Shown one piece after another: positions 62,563 through 64,000 of a stretch of DNA of 64,000 bases. This DNA is from Allosphingosinicella sp. Its GTDB lineage: Bacteria > Pseudomonadota > Alphaproteobacteria > Sphingomonadales > Sphingomonadaceae. Made by a program: the position numbers and the translations under genes. The notes beneath the pieces are model-generated. The model was not told where the DNA came from. It did not search any database and worked only from the letters and a program-made list of their open reading frames with translations. How positions within the stretch are numbered: the stretch's first letter is position 1; the number at the start of each line of letters is the position of its first letter. The stretch is taken from NCBI RefSeq assembly GCF_046293155.1, contig NZ_JBKBPQ010000014.1; one strand, written 5' to 3'.

Positions 62563-63849
62563 TTGTCATCAATGAGCGATCCTGATCCCACTTCCTCTGG
62601 TCCAGTTCGGAGCCATTCCGATCGGCTCAATCAGAACTGCTTTTGCGTCACGCTCGACCGAGGGTCGCTTTGCGAGGCGCTGGAGCACGAGGTTAGCGAT
62701 CCAGCATTCTGCGAGACTTTCATCCGCCCCAAGGCGCACTTGTTCTCGAACGTGCCGGTGTTTCTTTCAGCCACAGAGGTGGCCGAGATGCAGAAGGTGG
62801 TGGCCGCTGCCGAAACAACGGCTCGTCTCCCCGCATATCAAGCCGCGGTTCTCGCCTGGGCGCCTGAAATCTCGCAGCAGGACCACGGCCCGGTTGGTGC
62901 GATGATGGGCTACGACTTCCATCTTGGCGAAAACGGTCCCCGGCTAATCGAGATCAATACCAACGCCGGCGGGGCATTCCTCAATGCCCTTCTTGCAAGG
63001 GCGCAGCGCAAGTGTTGCGCCGAAATGGACATGCCACTGACGCCGCACACTTTTGAGGACGCGGCGTTTCGCATGTTTCAGGACGAATGGATGCGCCAGC
63101 GGGGAGCCGGCGCCGCATGTCGGATTGCTATCGTCGACGACATGCCAGAGGAACAGTATCTCTACCCTGAGTTCGTGCTCGTGCGGCAAGTTCTGGCCGC
63201 GCGAGGCGTGGACGCGATTATCGCGGATGCCAGCCATCTTCGCTATGAGGCCGGGCGGCTCAGCATCGAGGGGAAGCAAATAGACCTCGTGTATAACCGC
63301 GTGACCGATTTCGCGTTTGATCAGTCAGAGCACAGGGCGCTCCGAGAGGCCTACCGGGATGGCGCGGTGGTCGTGACGCCGAATCCGCACAATCACGCCC
63401 TGCTAGCCGACAAGCGCAACCTTTCGCTGCTCTCCGATCCGGCACTACTCGAGTCTTGGGGCTTGCAACCAGAAATTATTGCGCATCTCCAAGGCGTCCC
63501 GCGCACTGTCCTTGTCACCCCAGAGAACGCCGACGAACTCTGGATGTCGCGTAGGGACCTGTTCTTCAAGCCGACGGGCGGACATGGCGGAAAGGCAGTG
63601 TACCGCGGCGACAAGGTGACGAAAGGCGTCTGGTCAGAAATCGAGCGGGGCGGCTACGTTGCCCAGACGTTGGCCCGGCCGAGCGAGCGCATGATAAGGA
63701 TCGACGAGGCGCCGCAGGCGCGCAAAATGGATGTTCGGCTGTATACCTACGACGGGCGGGTGCTTCTGGTGGCGGCGCGCCTCTACCAAGGCCAGACCAC
63801 AAATTTCAGGACGCCAGGGGGCGGGTTTGCTCCAGTGTTTGTGGTCTGA
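62563..63849 (+). CDS. ATP-grasp-like protein (glutathionylspermidine-synthase / circularly permuted ATP-grasp-like)
   Basis: GYDFHLGENGPRLIEINTNAGG and the C-terminal RLYQGQTTNFRTPGGGFAPVFV resemble that superfamily. Assignment is tentative. Confidence 0.55.
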   Translation: MSSMSDPDPTSSGPVRSHSDRLNQNCFCVTLDRGSLCEALEHEVSDPAFCETFIRPKAHLFSNVPVFLSATEVAEMQKVVAAAETTARLPAYQAAVLAWAPEISQQDHGPVGAMMGYDFHLGENGPRLIEINTNAGGAFLNALLARAQRKCCAEMDMPLTPHTFEDAAFRMFQDEWMRQRGAGAACRIAIVDDMPEEQYLYPEFVLVRQVLAARGVDAIIADASHLRYEAGRLSIEGKQIDLVYNRVTDFAFDQSEHRALREAYRDGAVVVTPNPHNHALLADKRNLSLLSDPALLESWGLQPEIIAHLQGVPRTVLVTPENADELWMSRRDLFFKPTGGHGGKAVYRGDKVTKGVWSEIERGGYVAQTLARPSERMIRIDEAPQARKMDVRLYTYDGRVLLVAARLYQGQTTNFRTPGGGFAPVFVV

Positions 63850-64000
63850 CCGTCTCGTTCTCGATGTGGTTGGAGTTGGATAATCGGAGAGCGTGGTCCT
63901 TCCGGCTGCTTTTCCTCAGTCGTGGCCCGGTTCTCAAACAAAAAAAGAATGGGAGCGGTTATGGATCAGCCAGATAATCAACATCACATGACGCACATGG

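Noticed and set aside
63961-64000. Possible start of a His-rich ORF (MDQPDNQHHMTHM...) with a GGGAG upstream
   Set aside because: Only 13 codons are visible before the window ends, which is too little to call a gene.

Overview
High-GC, alphaproteobacterial-looking (Rhizobiales-like) DNA in three blocks. (1) 1-4340, minus strand: a type I restriction-modification operon, phd-like gene, hsdM, hsdS, an Abi_C-like gene, then hsdR running off the window. The last three junctions have overlapping stop/start codons. (2) About 4390-46388: a complete prophage of roughly 42 kb. It has a large serine recombinase module (small ORF, DUF2924, recombinase, small HTH ORF), an unrecognisable three-gene cassette, an ECF-like sigma factor and a recombination/replication module. 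The Toprim primase-helicase ORF ends in a 13-copy GGGGAACGT iteron-like array. Next come higBA, a ParB-DNA methyltransferase fusion, lambda-type packaging and head genes (Nu1-like, GpA, gpW, portal, S49 protease, gpD-like, gpE-like), an RcGTA-like tail (chaperone with a -1 frameshift, tape measure, g12-g15-like, DUF2793) and a lysis cassette. (3) 46395-64000: a metal/stress island. It carries a CopB-type P1B ATPase translationally coupled to Prs-like, beta-CASP, thymidine/AMP-phosphorylase-like, BNR, cytochrome c and YqaA genes. It also carries a Met-rich protein, a DUF2933/ICMT pair, a YVTN propeller, a multicopper oxidase, a DMT transporter, an archaeal-type GAPDH and an ATP-grasp-like protein. 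The best candidate for an undescribed system is the three-gene cassette at 6926-9855. Secondary candidates are the Abi_C gene embedded in the type I R-M operon and the ATPase-coupled nucleotide-metabolism operon. All assignments rest on reading the translations and the sequence by eye; no searches were run.
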